A stretch of 64,000 bases of DNA from Terriglobia bacterium (GCA_963664115.2 CAXWPJ010000012.1:160001-224000); one strand, 5' to 3'; positions 1 through 9,270 are shown, counted from the first letter of the stretch. Notes: a model not told the origin generated them from the sequence alone. Numbers and translations are program-made.

Positions 1-1198
1 CCGAAACCACGGGGGAATGCAAGCAAGGGATGGACGTGGCCTACGACGGGACGTGGGGATATCACCCGCTGATGATCTCGCTGGCCAACACCGCCGAACC
101 GCTGTATCTGGTCAATCGTAGCGGCAACCGGCCGTCGCATGAAGGAGCCGCGGTCCGGTTCGACCAAGCCATCGCATTGTGCCGGCATGCGGGGTTTCGC
201 CAGATCCTGCTGCGCGGGGACACGGACTTCAGCCAGACCCGGCATCTGGACGGATGGGACGACCAGCAGGTGGGTTTCATATTCGGGATTGACGCGATGG
301 CGAACCTGAAGGCCCGGGCCGATGAACTGGAGCCGCGCCAGTGGAAGCGCCTGGAACGGCCCGCGAAATACGACGTGGCGACCGAACCGCGCCAACGTCC
401 CGACAACGTGAAGGAAGAGATCGTTCGGCAGCGCGGTTTCGACAATATCCGCTTGCAGGGTGAGGATGTGGCCGAGTTTCGGTATCGACCCGGAGCCTGC
501 GATCGGGACTACCGTGTCGTCGTGGTGCGGAAGAATCTGTCGGTGGCCAAAGGAGAGCAGGTGTTGTTTGACGACATCCGGTACTTCTTCTACATTACCA
601 ACCGTTCGGATCCGGCCGACCAGATTGTGATGCGTGCCAATCAACGGTGCAATCAGGAGAATCTCATTGAGCAGTTGAAGAACGGCGTTCAGGCGTTGCG
701 GATGCCGGTCGGAGATCAGACCAGCAACTGGGCCTACATGGTGATCGCGTCACTGGCCTGGACACTGAAAGCGTGGTTTGCATTGCTGCTTCCCGAAACC
801 GGACGTTGGGGCCAAAAATATCAGGCTGAGAAGCAAACCGTGCTGCGCATGGAGTTCAAAACCTTCTTGAACGCTTTCATGCTTGTGCCGTGCCAACTCG
901 TGCGCACCGGGCGGCGCATTCTGTTCCGGATCCTGGCCTGGAACCGGTGGTTGCCGGTCTTGTTCCGCGGGGTGGATGTGTTGCGTCAGCCTCTGCGATG
1001 TTGACCCGATCATGACTCTGAGCCCGGGCGATCGAGGTCCCGGTTTCTGTCAACCGTCCAACACCAGCGAGGCTGAACTGAAACAGATTCAACAGAAACT
1101 CGATACCTGGAACAGGCCATCCGGGAACGGGATTCTATGCCTCGAATTCTATCGGCGCGAACTGGGCCTCGGCGGACTGGTTATGCGCTTGTTTTGGG
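1..1198 (+). mobile_element. IS1380-family insertion sequence, 5' end outside the window
   Basis: IS1380-type transposase followed by ~190 nt non-coding, ending CGCTTGTTTTGGG directly against an IS1111 end fragment. Confidence 0.75.
30..1004 (+). CDS. IS1380-family DDE transposase (N-terminus truncated by window edge)
   Basis: Motifs GYHPL..SLANT.EPLYLVNRSGNRPSHE, LLRGDTDF, RCNQENLIEQLK. Confidence 0.88.
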   Translation: MDVAYDGTWGYHPLMISLANTAEPLYLVNRSGNRPSHEGAAVRFDQAIALCRHAGFRQILLRGDTDFSQTRHLDGWDDQQVGFIFGIDAMANLKARADELEPRQWKRLERPAKYDVATEPRQRPDNVKEEIVRQRGFDNIRLQGEDVAEFRYRPGACDRDYRVVVVRKNLSVAKGEQVLFDDIRYFFYITNRSDPADQIVMRANQRCNQENLIEQLKNGVQALRMPVGDQTSNWAYMVIASLAWTLKAWFALLLPETGRWGQKYQAEKQTVLRMEFKTFLNAFMLVPCQLVRTGRRILFRILAWNRWLPVLFRGVDVLRQPLRC

Positions 1199-1222
1199 TC
1201 TAGGGGCGTCCTTTCATACTGC
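1199..1222 (-). mobile_element. Terminal fragment of a second IS110/IS1111 copy, interrupted by IS1380
   Basis: 1198-1239 is identical to 9133-9174, including subterminal IR CCTTTCATA, GAT core and flank TTAACAGGACTTGA. Confidence 0.85.
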
Positions 1223-1243
1223 GATTTAACAGGACTTGAGAAT
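1223..1243 (+). repeat. Right half of recurring palindromic site (GAT-TTAACAGGACT-TGAGAAT)
   Basis: Matches right halves at 1910, 6365 and 9161; continuation TGAGAATCATTTTC shared with 6376-6389. Confidence 0.75.
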
Positions 1244-1258
1244 CATTTTCACCGTCGT

Positions 1259-1657
1259 TTAGGGCACCGGCACCCGTTCAACCGCCAAAGTAAGACGACC
1301 AACAGCACTGACGACTTCCACCGTGCTTCCTCTGGGCACGGGCCCTGTTGGGGCCGTCGCACGCCACAGCTCGCCGCGCACGCGGACGTAACCCTTTGGC
1401 GTGAGGTCGGTGGTGACGACTCCACGGAGGCCCACCATACGCTCAACTCCCGTCCGTGGATCTTCTTCGTATGACTGTCGGAGGAACGGATAGAGAGCAA
1501 GGTCTTTCACAACCCAGCAACCGAGCAGCGTGCCGGCGGCCCAGGCGGGCATTTCCACTCGACGCCACAGCAAAAGCAGCACGCCTACCAGCCCGAGCCA
1601 GCCCGGAATCTGAATGACGATGTATTTCAGAAACGTCCGAGTTGGCGGCCAGTACAT
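1259..1657 (-). CDS. Short NfeD-like membrane protein (TM segments + OB fold) ending in kinase-type tail ERVPVP
   Basis: Hydrophobic N-half; G..GVV..DL.P.GYVRVRGELWRA motif; 1262-1279 identical to kinase tail 9187-9204. Confidence 0.8.
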   Translation of the reverse strand: MYWPPTRTFLKYIVIQIPGWLGLVGVLLLLWRRVEMPAWAAGTLLGCWVVKDLALYPFLRQSYEEDPRTGVERMVGLRGVVTTDLTPKGYVRVRGELWRATAPTGPVPRGSTVEVVSAVGRLTLAVERVPVP

Positions 1658-1892
1658 GACGCCACTATCTCATAGGACGGCACTGAACCGACTCTTTCAA
1701 TCTGGCTTTGAAAATCTCGATAAAGAAACATGAAAGCAAGAGGTCGCGCGACGGCCTGCGGCCGCGACGATTCGTCCTCGGCAACGCCGAATGGTAGAGC
1801 TATTCACTTCCGCAGGATAGGTAAACCCTTGGCGACTTATCGTTAGTAATCCGGCGTTATTTCAGTTCCTAGGCACTTCTCCCCGAAGTTCA

Positions 1893-1920
1893 ACGTCCGA
1901 GAAGATGATTTGTCAGGACT
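1893..1920 (+). repeat. Intact recurring 11-6-11 palindromic site
   Basis: ACGTCCGAGAA-GATGAT-TTGTCAGGACT followed by TGA; arms are imperfect inverted repeats. Confidence 0.8.
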
Positions 1921-1932
1921 TGACCTCCAAAA

Positions 1933-2020
1933 TCAGGGAACTGGCACCCTCTCCTTCAGTTCTTCAAACCAATTCAGGACGATGTTGATTCCGGGGGCGG
2001 GCGGCCTCGCCAGTACCGGT
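1933..2020 (-). pseudogene. C-terminal remnant of a Ser/Thr kinase-beta-propeller gene
   Basis: Minus strand reads TGTGEAARPR (1-nt shift) INIVLNWFEELKERVPVP*. Confidence 0.8.
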
Positions 2021-2085
2021 CTTCCGTCTACCTGGAAATCCTGATTCGGACAAGGGCGGTTTGTCCGCGTCTTTCCATTCCAGTG

Positions 2086-3072
2086 TCAAAATACGGCGAT
2101 GGGGTTCAATGGTGAACCGGTTCCCCCGCGGAACGGGAGCGGTGCGGCCATCAGCAAAAACTCCCATCGATTTCGCTCGGCTGCTGCGTCGCCGAGCGCC
2201 TCCAGATCACAGTTGTCGAACATGTGGATGCCCAGATATAGCAGCGCAAAGTCGTGAACGGCTCCGGGCAGGTTCGACGGCGCAACATACGTTGGATGAT
2301 CGCTTCCCAATAACGCAACATCTCGCTCCTTCAACCACGGAATTACGGACGGGTGGAGACCCGCCGATCGGCCACCCTCGGCTCGGCCGCGAAGCCAAGG
2401 TCCTTCGGCCTCACGTCGAGCCCACACACCGGTACGAATGAACAGCGCGTCACCGGAGGAGACGCGCACGCCGGTCTGCTCTTCCCAGGCTTCCAGATCT
2501 TCCACGTAGATTGGAGTACCCGGCTCCAGATACGGAACGCCCTTGACCCTCGGAATGTCTATCAGGACGCCACGGGTCAGGATCCCGTTCTTGAGGTTGT
2601 GGATCGAGTTCTGCTCGTGTCCAGTTTCGAGGACGGTGTCCGCGTCAGGAGTGTACCCGTTGTAGAAAGTCCCGTTCTCGTTCACATGCGCCAGGGCGTC
2701 GAGGTGCGTGTGCGCGATGCCATGGTAACTGACCCCAAACCGATCTGCGCTGATCCGGAGCATCTCGTGTTCATACGGATTGGGATTGTCGATGGCCTGA
2801 ACGGTATCCGCATCACCAGCCAGGGAAACGGAAAATCCTTCTTCAACCAGGGCCACCGCCTCCAGCCGCTTCTCTGGCGTGATCAGGTTCAGGGCTCCGA
2901 TCTCATCGTCCACTCCCCAACGCCCCCAGTTCGACAACTCCGTCTTCCACTGTTCGTACTGGGCTGTGGTCACATCCCTGTCGCCCTCCTGAAGTGGTTC
3001 GAGGGCGGGTCGAGACAACGCGATAGTCGCGCTCATCGCTACTATGAAAAACCCGGCGAGCAATTTTTTCAT
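2086..3072 (-). CDS. Secreted cyclase / kynurenine-formamidase-like family protein
   Basis: Signal peptide MKKLLAGFF; SNWGRWG.DDEIGALNLITP; HTHLDALAH; GGTGSPLNPIA; GGAGG upstream of ATG 3072. Confidence 0.88.
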   Translation of the reverse strand: MKKLLAGFFIVAMSATIALSRPALEPLQEGDRDVTTAQYEQWKTELSNWGRWGVDDEIGALNLITPEKRLEAVALVEEGFSVSLAGDADTVQAIDNPNPYEHEMLRISADRFGVSYHGIAHTHLDALAHVNENGTFYNGYTPDADTVLETGHEQNSIHNLKNGILTRGVLIDIPRVKGVPYLEPGTPIYVEDLEAWEEQTGVRVSSGDALFIRTGVWARREAEGPWLRGRAEGGRSAGLHPSVIPWLKERDVALLGSDHPTYVAPSNLPGAVHDFALLYLGIHMFDNCDLEALGDAAAERNRWEFLLMAAPLPFRGGTGSPLNPIAVF

Positions 3073-3086
3073 GGATCCTCCGCGTT

Positions 3087-3137
3087 TTGGTCGGTGATTC
3101 GATATGGGCTGAGTTCTGTACCTGAACTGAGTGCCAC
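3087..3137 (-). pseudogene. N-terminal remnant of a Ser/Thr kinase gene
   Basis: GTG start reads VALSSGTELSPYRITDQ; 60-nt upstream region is colinear with that of the clear kinase stub at 14452. Confidence 0.65.
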
Positions 3138-3206
3138 AAAACACGCTGTTTGTTTTTTCGAAAATCTCGGTAAATTTAATCACAGGAGGGAATTGGGGAC
3201 AAAGAG

Positions 3207-3246
3207 AATCTCAAGTCCCCAAAAACGTTAGATTCTTATCGGAAGT
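3207..3246 (-). repeat. Recurring site variant, inverted, with 11-nt spacer
   Basis: Minus strand ACTTCCGATAA-GAATCTAACGT-TTTTGGGGACT-TGAGATT. Confidence 0.55.
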
Positions 3247-3558
3247 AACCCGGTGAGAGCAGCGCAGGACAAGTGGTGATGTGTGGCCGGGTTACTTTCG
3301 ATGAGGGCGTTTGAAGAAAGCTGCCCACAGGTCAGGCGTCTACGTAGTTTGACAGCGGTTTCGGGTATCGACAACGTGAAGACAGGCCAAGTGTAAACGA
3401 TATTGTAGGACACCGTGAAATGCCCTGTTTAGAGCAAGTGTCACATTGACGGTTAGGCGACAATACAGGACTTGGACAATCGGCGAGTTTTCATGCCGTC
3501 ATTCTGCTGCGTGCAGAGTCAACCTGACGTTGCCGTTTCAAAGGTCGTCGATAAGATG

Positions 3559-4362
3559 CTACCTGGCGCAGCGGAAGCCGATGTTATGGTGACCGGAGTC
3601 GAACTCACGCGAAAGATTCCGGCCGCGCTCGGTCGACCGGATCTGCCGCGCCGGGGTGTCCTGGCCGCCGCCGCGGGTTCCCCGCACCGGTCCCGGCTCG
3701 AGGCTCTCGCGGCCGTCCGAGGCGTCATAGGGGTAAGGCGCGTAGGCGCTGCTGACCCACTCCCAGACGTTGCCGGCCATGTCCAGGACGCCGTATGGGC
3801 TGGCGCCGTCCGGAAAGCGCCCCACCTGGGCGGTCTCCCTCCAGCCTCCGTCGAACTGCGCTCGCGTCCGGTCGGGAGCCTGACTGCCCCAGGGATACAT
3901 CCGGCCGTCCCTGCCGCGTGCGGCCTTCTCCCATTCCGCCTCCGTGGGAAGGCGCTTGTTGGCCCAGGCGCAGTAGTCTCGGGCCCCGGCCCATGAGACC
4001 TCCAGTACCGGATGGTCTTCGAAACCCGGCTCCACAACCCACGAGTTGCCGCTCCGATCGATGCGCGCATCGGAGTCGTCGTCCTCGTAATAGGTTTCCC
4101 GCCGAGGACCTACCGGTCCCACGGCTTCCAGAAACCTGGCGAACTGGGCCTTCGTTACGGGAGTCCGGTCGATCTCGAAAGTGGCCAGCTCGACAGTATG
4201 CGCGGGTCGCTCTTCGGCCGGACCGGTGTTCGTCCCCATGATGAAAGGCCCGGCCGGAATTGTGACCATTTCAGTCGTCGACTGGCTCTGGGCTTCGCAT
4301 AAGCAACCTGCGATTAGAACGATTGAAGATATCGCTCCAAGCGTATTGAGACTTCTGAACAT
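3559..4362 (-). CDS. Formylglycine-generating enzyme family (FGE-sulfatase/SUMF1 domain) secreted protein
   Basis: IPAGPFIMG, KRLPTEAEWEKAARG, DMAGNVWEW, IGFRCAR; alternative start 4404. Confidence 0.88.
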   Translation of the reverse strand: MFRSLNTLGAISSIVLIAGCLCEAQSQSTTEMVTIPAGPFIMGTNTGPAEERPAHTVELATFEIDRTPVTKAQFARFLEAVGPVGPRRETYYEDDDSDARIDRSGNSWVVEPGFEDHPVLEVSWAGARDYCAWANKRLPTEAEWEKAARGRDGRMYPWGSQAPDRTRAQFDGGWRETAQVGRFPDGASPYGVLDMAGNVWEWVSSAYAPYPYDASDGRESLEPGPVRGTRGGGQDTPARQIRSTERGRNLSREFDSGHHNIGFRCAR

Positions 4363-4881
4363 TGGAAACCTCTTGATTGGCTGGACTGGTTGATGCTGCC
4401 ACATGGCCCCGATTCAATGAGACTACAGGCAGGATTTCAGGTCAATCAAAGAATCACATGGAAGCATAGGCGACTTCACATTCTTGTGGAATTTCTACAG
4501 TCCGATTCAGGCTCACTCGGAGAAGGCTTGTGGGCTTAGTGAAAGGTGTTCGGACAAGCCAGTTCAGAAACCCTCTACGGGCAGGAGGCGCCGCAGCTCT
4601 TCGTCCAGACCGAATCCAGATCGACCGGGGCTATTGTTTTTCCTATGCCCTCTCGGTTTCAACCGGATAAAGTATGTGGCGATGATTTCGATCCGGTTTG
4701 GGCCGTTCTAGGGCCCGAACGGATTGCTTTCTACTCTTGGCCGACTATCGGAAACGGGCGAGACGCGCACGCCGCGGCTCGCGAGGCCAGAGTAGGGCTT
4801 TGGAGGGCCGCGTAGTGCCCGCGGCGGTTCGGGGCGAAGCCCCGTGTAGTTTATTAAGTTCGGCTCACGAGCGAGGTTTGC

Positions 4882-6087
4882 ATGAGAATCAAACGTTCCA
4901 TTCGGTGCGCTGCGGCGTTGCTGCTCGGCATTGTCGCGCTCAGCCACGCTCGGCAGCAACCGCCTATCGGCGTACCGGTACCGCCGTTGGGTGCGGGACC
5001 ATGGGTGTTCGATACGGGCGAGCAGCACAAGATCCGCGTCAGCGTCGTGACCAAGGGGCTCTCACATCCATGGGCCATCGCCTTCATGCCCGGTGACGAG
5101 ATGCTGATCACCGAGCGGGACGGTCGCCTGCGCGTCGTTCGAGCCGGAGTGCTCGACCCACAGGCCATCTCCGGCTTGCCCCAGGTCCGGACCGACGGCA
5201 ACGGGGGTCTCATGGATATTGCCCTCCATCCCCGGTTTGCCGAGAATCGCCTGGTCTACCTCACGTACACCAAACCGGTCAGAAGCGGCATGGGTGCTCC
5301 GGCGCTGGCGCGGGGCCGGCTCGAGGGCGACGAACTCGTCGATGTCCGAGACCTTCTCGTCACTGAGGCGCACGAGGGCAACTCGGGTCTCAACGGCCGC
5401 GTCGTCTTCGGAAGTGACGGCAAGGTCTACATGTCCACAGGCGGCAGGTCCCAAGACGACATTGAGAACCTCGCGCAAGATCCCATGAGCTTGCGCGGCA
5501 AGATCCTGCGCCTTAACGACGATGGCTCCGTACCGGCAGACAACCCGTTCGTGGGCCACGCGGGCTATCGGCCGGAAATTTACAGCCTGGGGCATCGAAA
5601 TACGCTGGGCCTCATCGTCCACCCCGAGACCGGGATGCTCTGGCAACACGAAAACGGCCCCCTCGGCGGCGACGAGATCAACATCATCTTGCCGGGGCGC
5701 GATTACGGATGGCCGCTTCTGAGCTTCGGACGCGATTATTCAGGCCCGCGCATTTCCGAACATCCGACCCGCGAGGGATTAGAGTCGCCGCTCGTCGTGT
5801 GGCTGCCCAGCATCGCGGTCGCCGGCATGGCCGTATACACCGGCGACCAGTTTCCGGCGTGGAGAGGCAACGTGTTCGTCGGTGCGATGCGCGAGGGCCG
5901 CATCCCGGGCACGGGCCACCTGCAGCGCATCGTGTTCAACGACAGGACAGAAGAGCTGCGACGCGAGTCGATGTTGAGGGAGCTCAGGCAACGCATCCGG
6001 GAAGTGCGCGAAGGGCCCGACGGGTTCCTGTACTTGCTCACGGACGAAGACGAAGGCGCGCTCCTGCGTATCGAGCCGGCCCCGTGA
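4882..6087 (+). CDS. PQQ-dependent glucose/sorbosone dehydrogenase family protein
   Basis: Signal peptide; GLSHPWAIAF, GKILRLNDDGS.P.DNPF, EIYSLGHRN, GGDEINII, RIREVREGPDG. Confidence 0.9.
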   Translation: MRIKRSIRCAAALLLGIVALSHARQQPPIGVPVPPLGAGPWVFDTGEQHKIRVSVVTKGLSHPWAIAFMPGDEMLITERDGRLRVVRAGVLDPQAISGLPQVRTDGNGGLMDIALHPRFAENRLVYLTYTKPVRSGMGAPALARGRLEGDELVDVRDLLVTEAHEGNSGLNGRVVFGSDGKVYMSTGGRSQDDIENLAQDPMSLRGKILRLNDDGSVPADNPFVGHAGYRPEIYSLGHRNTLGLIVHPETGMLWQHENGPLGGDEINIILPGRDYGWPLLSFGRDYSGPRISEHPTREGLESPLVVWLPSIAVAGMAVYTGDQFPAWRGNVFVGAMREGRIPGTGHLQRIVFNDRTEELRRESMLRELRQRIREVREGPDGFLYLLTDEDEGALLRIEPAP

Positions 6088-6288
6088 GCGTCCCGGACGG
6101 CCGTCTCACGGGAAGTGGGCGGGTTTGCCGTCACCCATCGTCCTTCGATCACACCCGTAAATAAAACTACATAAGGGACTTAGCGTCAATCTGCAAGGCA
6201 CATCCCTGTCACCCCCTAACCGGAATAGTGGCTTGTACTCAAGGACCCATTCACATTTGGGAAACCTGAAATGTTCCTGGAAACGATT

Positions 6289-6316
6289 ACTCCCGAAAAA
6301 CGCCGTTGTCGGAAGC
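6289..6316. repeat. 11-6-11 palindromic site variant
   Basis: ACTCCCGAAAA-ACGCCG-TTGTCGGAAGC; reverse complement of right arm GCTTCCGACAA resembles ACTTCCGACAA at 16445. Confidence 0.55.
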
Positions 6317-6340
6317 TGAGAAACCCCAGTAATTTGCCCA

Positions 6341-6382
6341 ATTCTCAAGTGACGCGAAGATGATTTCTCAGGACCTGAGAAT
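6341..6382 (+). repeat. Recurring site with extended arms (42 bp)
   Basis: ATTCTCA-AGTGACGCGAA-GATGAT-TTCTCAGGACC-TGAGAAT. Confidence 0.75.
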
Positions 6383-6388
6383 CATTTT

Positions 6389-6534
6389 CGACTGGCCAGA
6401 CACAAACTTAGAGCAGTTCATTGCCAGATGTTGCGGACACGTTCTTTAGCGTCGAGGGAAGCAGTCTTGCCAGCTTGATCTATCTGAATCCACACGCCCT
6501 CAGATCGGACCGGCGATGCTAAGTTGACAGTGCC
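6389..6534 (+). mobile_element. IS6-family 3' remnant (transposase tail + terminal IR)
   Basis: Reads RLARHKLRAVHCQMLRTRS, similar to the C-terminus of the IS6 transposase at 18704-19405; ends AAGTTGACAGTGCC. Confidence 0.7.
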
Positions 6535-6545
6535 TTCCTGACATC

Positions 6546-6980
6546 CTATGGCTGGCGCTGGGCAGCTACGAGTTCCAGGATGGCGATGGCGCCGCGAGCA
6601 GCGAGTTGAAGCGACTCGAGGTCCCCCGCTTCAACACCGTTGACAGCGATGTCGTTGGCTGCCTGGACAAGGATCGCGATCCCTCGGTCAGCATCGCCCA
6701 TGTCGTTGAGAATTCCATTTCCCTCCTGCGCGGCACATGGGTAGCCCGCACTGACGTCGAAATTCGACCCGTTCGGACCCTCGATGCAGTTCACCGCGTG
6801 GTGGAGATGCCTCATCGCACCCTCAACTGCCTCCTGGTCGGCCGACAAGCCTGCGTGCTGAATGGCCGTCGCGATCTGGCTCGCCGCCTTGCCCTGGTCT
6901 TGTTCTGCTGCCGCCATGGGCGCAAGGGCGACCATCACTACAACCATCATTATCACTATGTGTCTGACTGATTTAATCAT
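6546..6980 (-). CDS. Hypothetical secreted helical protein
   Basis: Signal peptide, GGAGG upstream, HLHHAVNCIEGPNG motif with a second Cys. Confidence 0.7.
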   Translation of the reverse strand: MIKSVRHIVIMMVVVMVALAPMAAAEQDQGKAASQIATAIQHAGLSADQEAVEGAMRHLHHAVNCIEGPNGSNFDVSAGYPCAAQEGNGILNDMGDADRGIAILVQAANDIAVNGVEAGDLESLQLAARGAIAILELVAAQRQP

Positions 6981-7268
6981 TTGAGGCCCTCCAGCCTGTG
7001 ATTGAAACGCCCCGGATAGAAAGAATAAGAGGCCCTTTCCTGCTAGAAATGGGGTGAGTCTGTGGCAATTCTTTCGCTCCAGCAAGGGAAATGCAAGGAA
7101 AATACGGTCCGCAGCACGAACTGAAGAACCAAGCATCGGTTGAGGTAACGAAAAGTGATGTCGATGGTGGTCTCCTCAGGGCTGGGAGGCGCCGCGCTGT
7201 GGCACCTCGTTGAGTGACCTAACCCACAAGAATTGGACCGAGAACAGTCCAATCACAAGGAGAGAGAA

Positions 7269-7556
7269 GTGAAGAAATTTGTGCTGCTCCATTACGGATT
7301 CGAGAAGCCCACCCCAGAGATCATGAAGGGATGGGAAACCTGGTTCGAGTCAATCGCCGACAGGACGGTTGATAACGGTGGTTTCAGCGGCGGGCGAGAG
7401 ATCTCCGCCTCTGGGACAAAGGACCTCCCATGGGGAATGGAGTCCATCACTGGCTACACGATTATCCAAGCCGAGAGCCTTGACGAGGCAGAGAAGATCG
7501 CTCAAGACAATCCCTATATCGCGAGCATCCGAGTCTACGAGGTCAGGGGGATGTAG
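7269..7556 (+). CDS. YciI/DGPF-like small protein
   Basis: KKFVLLHYGFE..., ITGYTIIQAESLDEAEKIA..NP....IRVYE; AGGAG upstream of GTG. Confidence 0.75.
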   Translation: MKKFVLLHYGFEKPTPEIMKGWETWFESIADRTVDNGGFSGGREISASGTKDLPWGMESITGYTIIQAESLDEAEKIAQDNPYIASIRVYEVRGM

Positions 7557-7595
7557 CGTGCCTGACTCACAAGGAGGCACCAACCCACTGGCGGG

Positions 7596-7619
7596 ATTCT
7601 CAACGTCCGAGAAGATGAT
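7596..7619 (+). repeat. Left half of recurring site, split by IS1111
   Basis: ATTCTCA-ACGTCCGAGAA-GATGAT; joined to 9161 onward it rebuilds a close copy of 1893-1990. Confidence 0.85.
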
Positions 7620-7799
7620 CTATGAAAGGGGATGTCAAGAGAAACAGCTCCCCGATGGCCGGCCAGACGGACACTTTTGTCGTGACAGCCAGCCCCTCTA
7701 CCGTTATGTGAAGCCCTGGTTCCGGCAATCCGCAGCGAAATCGTACATCTTTAAGACGGTCGATTCAGAAACTGAACAGCATATGGGACGGCATGTGCC

Positions 7800-7985
7800 G
7801 ACCATGGATCTATCTGAGCCTCGAAGGCTATCGCTGTTTCAGGTCGTGCGAGGGGGGATAGAGATTTAAAAGTGTCCTCTGGACGTATCCAGGGACCACA
7901 TCTTGTGCAGATCCTCACCCTCGATCCTCAGTTGTTCCGACTCCGTCTAACGACTCAGTACGGCTCTACCGGTCACGGATCGAAA
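7800..7985 (-). ncRNA. Putative bridge/seek RNA of the IS1111 element (boundaries approximate)
   Basis: Hairpin flanked by target-matching segments (7863-7906) and a hairpin flanked by donor-junction-matching segments (7807-7837). Confidence 0.7.
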
Positions 7986-7989
7986 CGGC

Positions 7990-9054
7990 TTATGTTGTCA
8001 TCCAGCTCAGTTTCTTTGGATCGAACGATTCTCCTTTCTTCCAAAGCGTCAGCACCAGTGCGGCGATCTTACGGGCCAGAGTGACCCGCGCCATTTCCTC
8101 CCGCATCCCACGCATCTGGAGACTCTCCAGATAAATCCGATACGGCTCGCTTTGTTTTCCCGATGCCGCGGCTGAGAAGAACACCGACTTCAATCGCCGG
8201 TTGCAGTTCGCATTCAATCCGCGTGTGGCCACCGGTTTCCTCCGTCGCACCACACGTCCACTCTGCATCTCATACTCCGCGCTCATGTGGGTCACCACAC
8301 CCAGGCCACTGTAGCTCCAGAACTGCGGTGTCGTGCGGAATCGGTACGGCGTGTCCACGATGGCGACGATCTGTGCCGCCCGAACCGGTCCCAGTTGTGG
8401 AATGGTCTCGAGCAGTTTCACCGCCTCATGGTGCCGGCCCTCCACTCGCACCGCTTTTCTGGATTGTTTCCGCAGCAACTGGACCTGGTCCAGTTCCGCA
8501 TACAACCATCGGGCGCGCTGCCTCATCCCCGGCTCGGTCAGCTTCTCCAACCACTGTTCGCGCTGACTCGGCCGATAGACTCCGTCCTTCGGTGTCGGGA
8601 TCCCCCGTCCCCGGTATATCGCTTTGATCCGCGACATCACCCGTTGCGTGTCCAACTGGAACGTGTCATAGGCCTGCACCAGTTGCTTCAATTCTCGCGT
8701 CGCTTCATGGCCGTGATACACCGAGCGCAACAGTCCCACCCGCAACAGCTCGGCCAGCTTCCGCGCATCCGGCTTATCCCCCTTCGACCCTTCTTGCATC
8801 CACTTGTTCTGTCGCGGATCGCACACCACCACCTCGCTCACCCACGGCCGGATCACTTCCGATAACCAGCCCGCTTGCGTGGTCTCCTCCAACCCCACGT
8901 GCATCGGCCCACTCAATCCCTCCAGCAGCCGTGTGATACTCCCCGCCTCGGTTTCCACGATCGTTTCAAACACCAGTTTGCCGCTCCCGTCTCTCACCGC
9001 AACCACCGTCGTTGCCTGGTGCACATCCATACCCATATACTTGTCTTGTTTCAT
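7990..9054 (-). CDS. IS110-family DEDD recombinase/transposase
   Basis: YMGMDVH, VGLEE, KGDKPDARKLA, IPQLGP..A, SYSGL. Confidence 0.92.
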   Translation of the reverse strand: MKQDKYMGMDVHQATTVVAVRDGSGKLVFETIVETEAGSITRLLEGLSGPMHVGLEETTQAGWLSEVIRPWVSEVVVCDPRQNKWMQEGSKGDKPDARKLAELLRVGLLRSVYHGHEATRELKQLVQAYDTFQLDTQRVMSRIKAIYRGRGIPTPKDGVYRPSQREQWLEKLTEPGMRQRARWLYAELDQVQLLRKQSRKAVRVEGRHHEAVKLLETIPQLGPVRAAQIVAIVDTPYRFRTTPQFWSYSGLGVVTHMSAEYEMQSGRVVRRRKPVATRGLNANCNRRLKSVFFSAAASGKQSEPYRIYLESLQMRGMREEMARVTLARKIAALVLTLWKKGESFDPKKLSWMTT

Positions 9055-9160
9055 CTCGAACGCTCCTTTTCTGGGATCAACGCTGTATACGTTGATCAGG
9101 TTGTTGAGTGAGTCTTCTCTCAACAACCCCCAGTCTAGGGGCGTCCTTTCATACTGCGAT

Positions 9161-9174
9161 TTAACAGGACTTGA
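9161..9174 (+). repeat. Right half of recurring site, split by IS1111
   Basis: TTAACAGGACT-TGA, then a kinase tail at the same spacing as 1910-1935. Confidence 0.85.
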
Positions 9175-9183
9175 CCTCGTAAA

Positions 9184-9270
9184 TCAGGGCACCGGCACCC
9201 GTTCTTTCAGTTCTTCAAACCAGTTGAGGACGATGTTGATTCTTGGGCGCTCGGTTTCTTCCAAGTCGGC
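9184..9270 (-). pseudogene. C-terminal remnant of a Ser/Thr kinase-beta-propeller gene
   Basis: Minus strand reads ADLEETERPRINIVLNWFEELKERVPVP*. Confidence 0.8.

Larger units (their letters stand above)
7620..9157 (-). mobile_element. IS110-family (IS1111-type) element
   Basis: Subterminal IRs TATGAAAGG (7621-7629) and CCTTTCATA (9145-9153); GAT on both flanks; long non-coding region downstream of the transposase. Confidence 0.9.

Noticed and set aside
3445-3475. Further site copies (3445-3475; also ~1820-1847, ~4530-4560, ~6155-6185, ~11310-11338)
   Set aside because: Only one arm or a GACTT(G) core is recognisable; too degenerate to call without a PWM, though the positions fit module boundaries.
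3559-4362. Diversity-generating retroelement target (FGE/CLec fold)
   Set aside because: No reverse transcriptase and no template repeat of the 3' end seen in the window.
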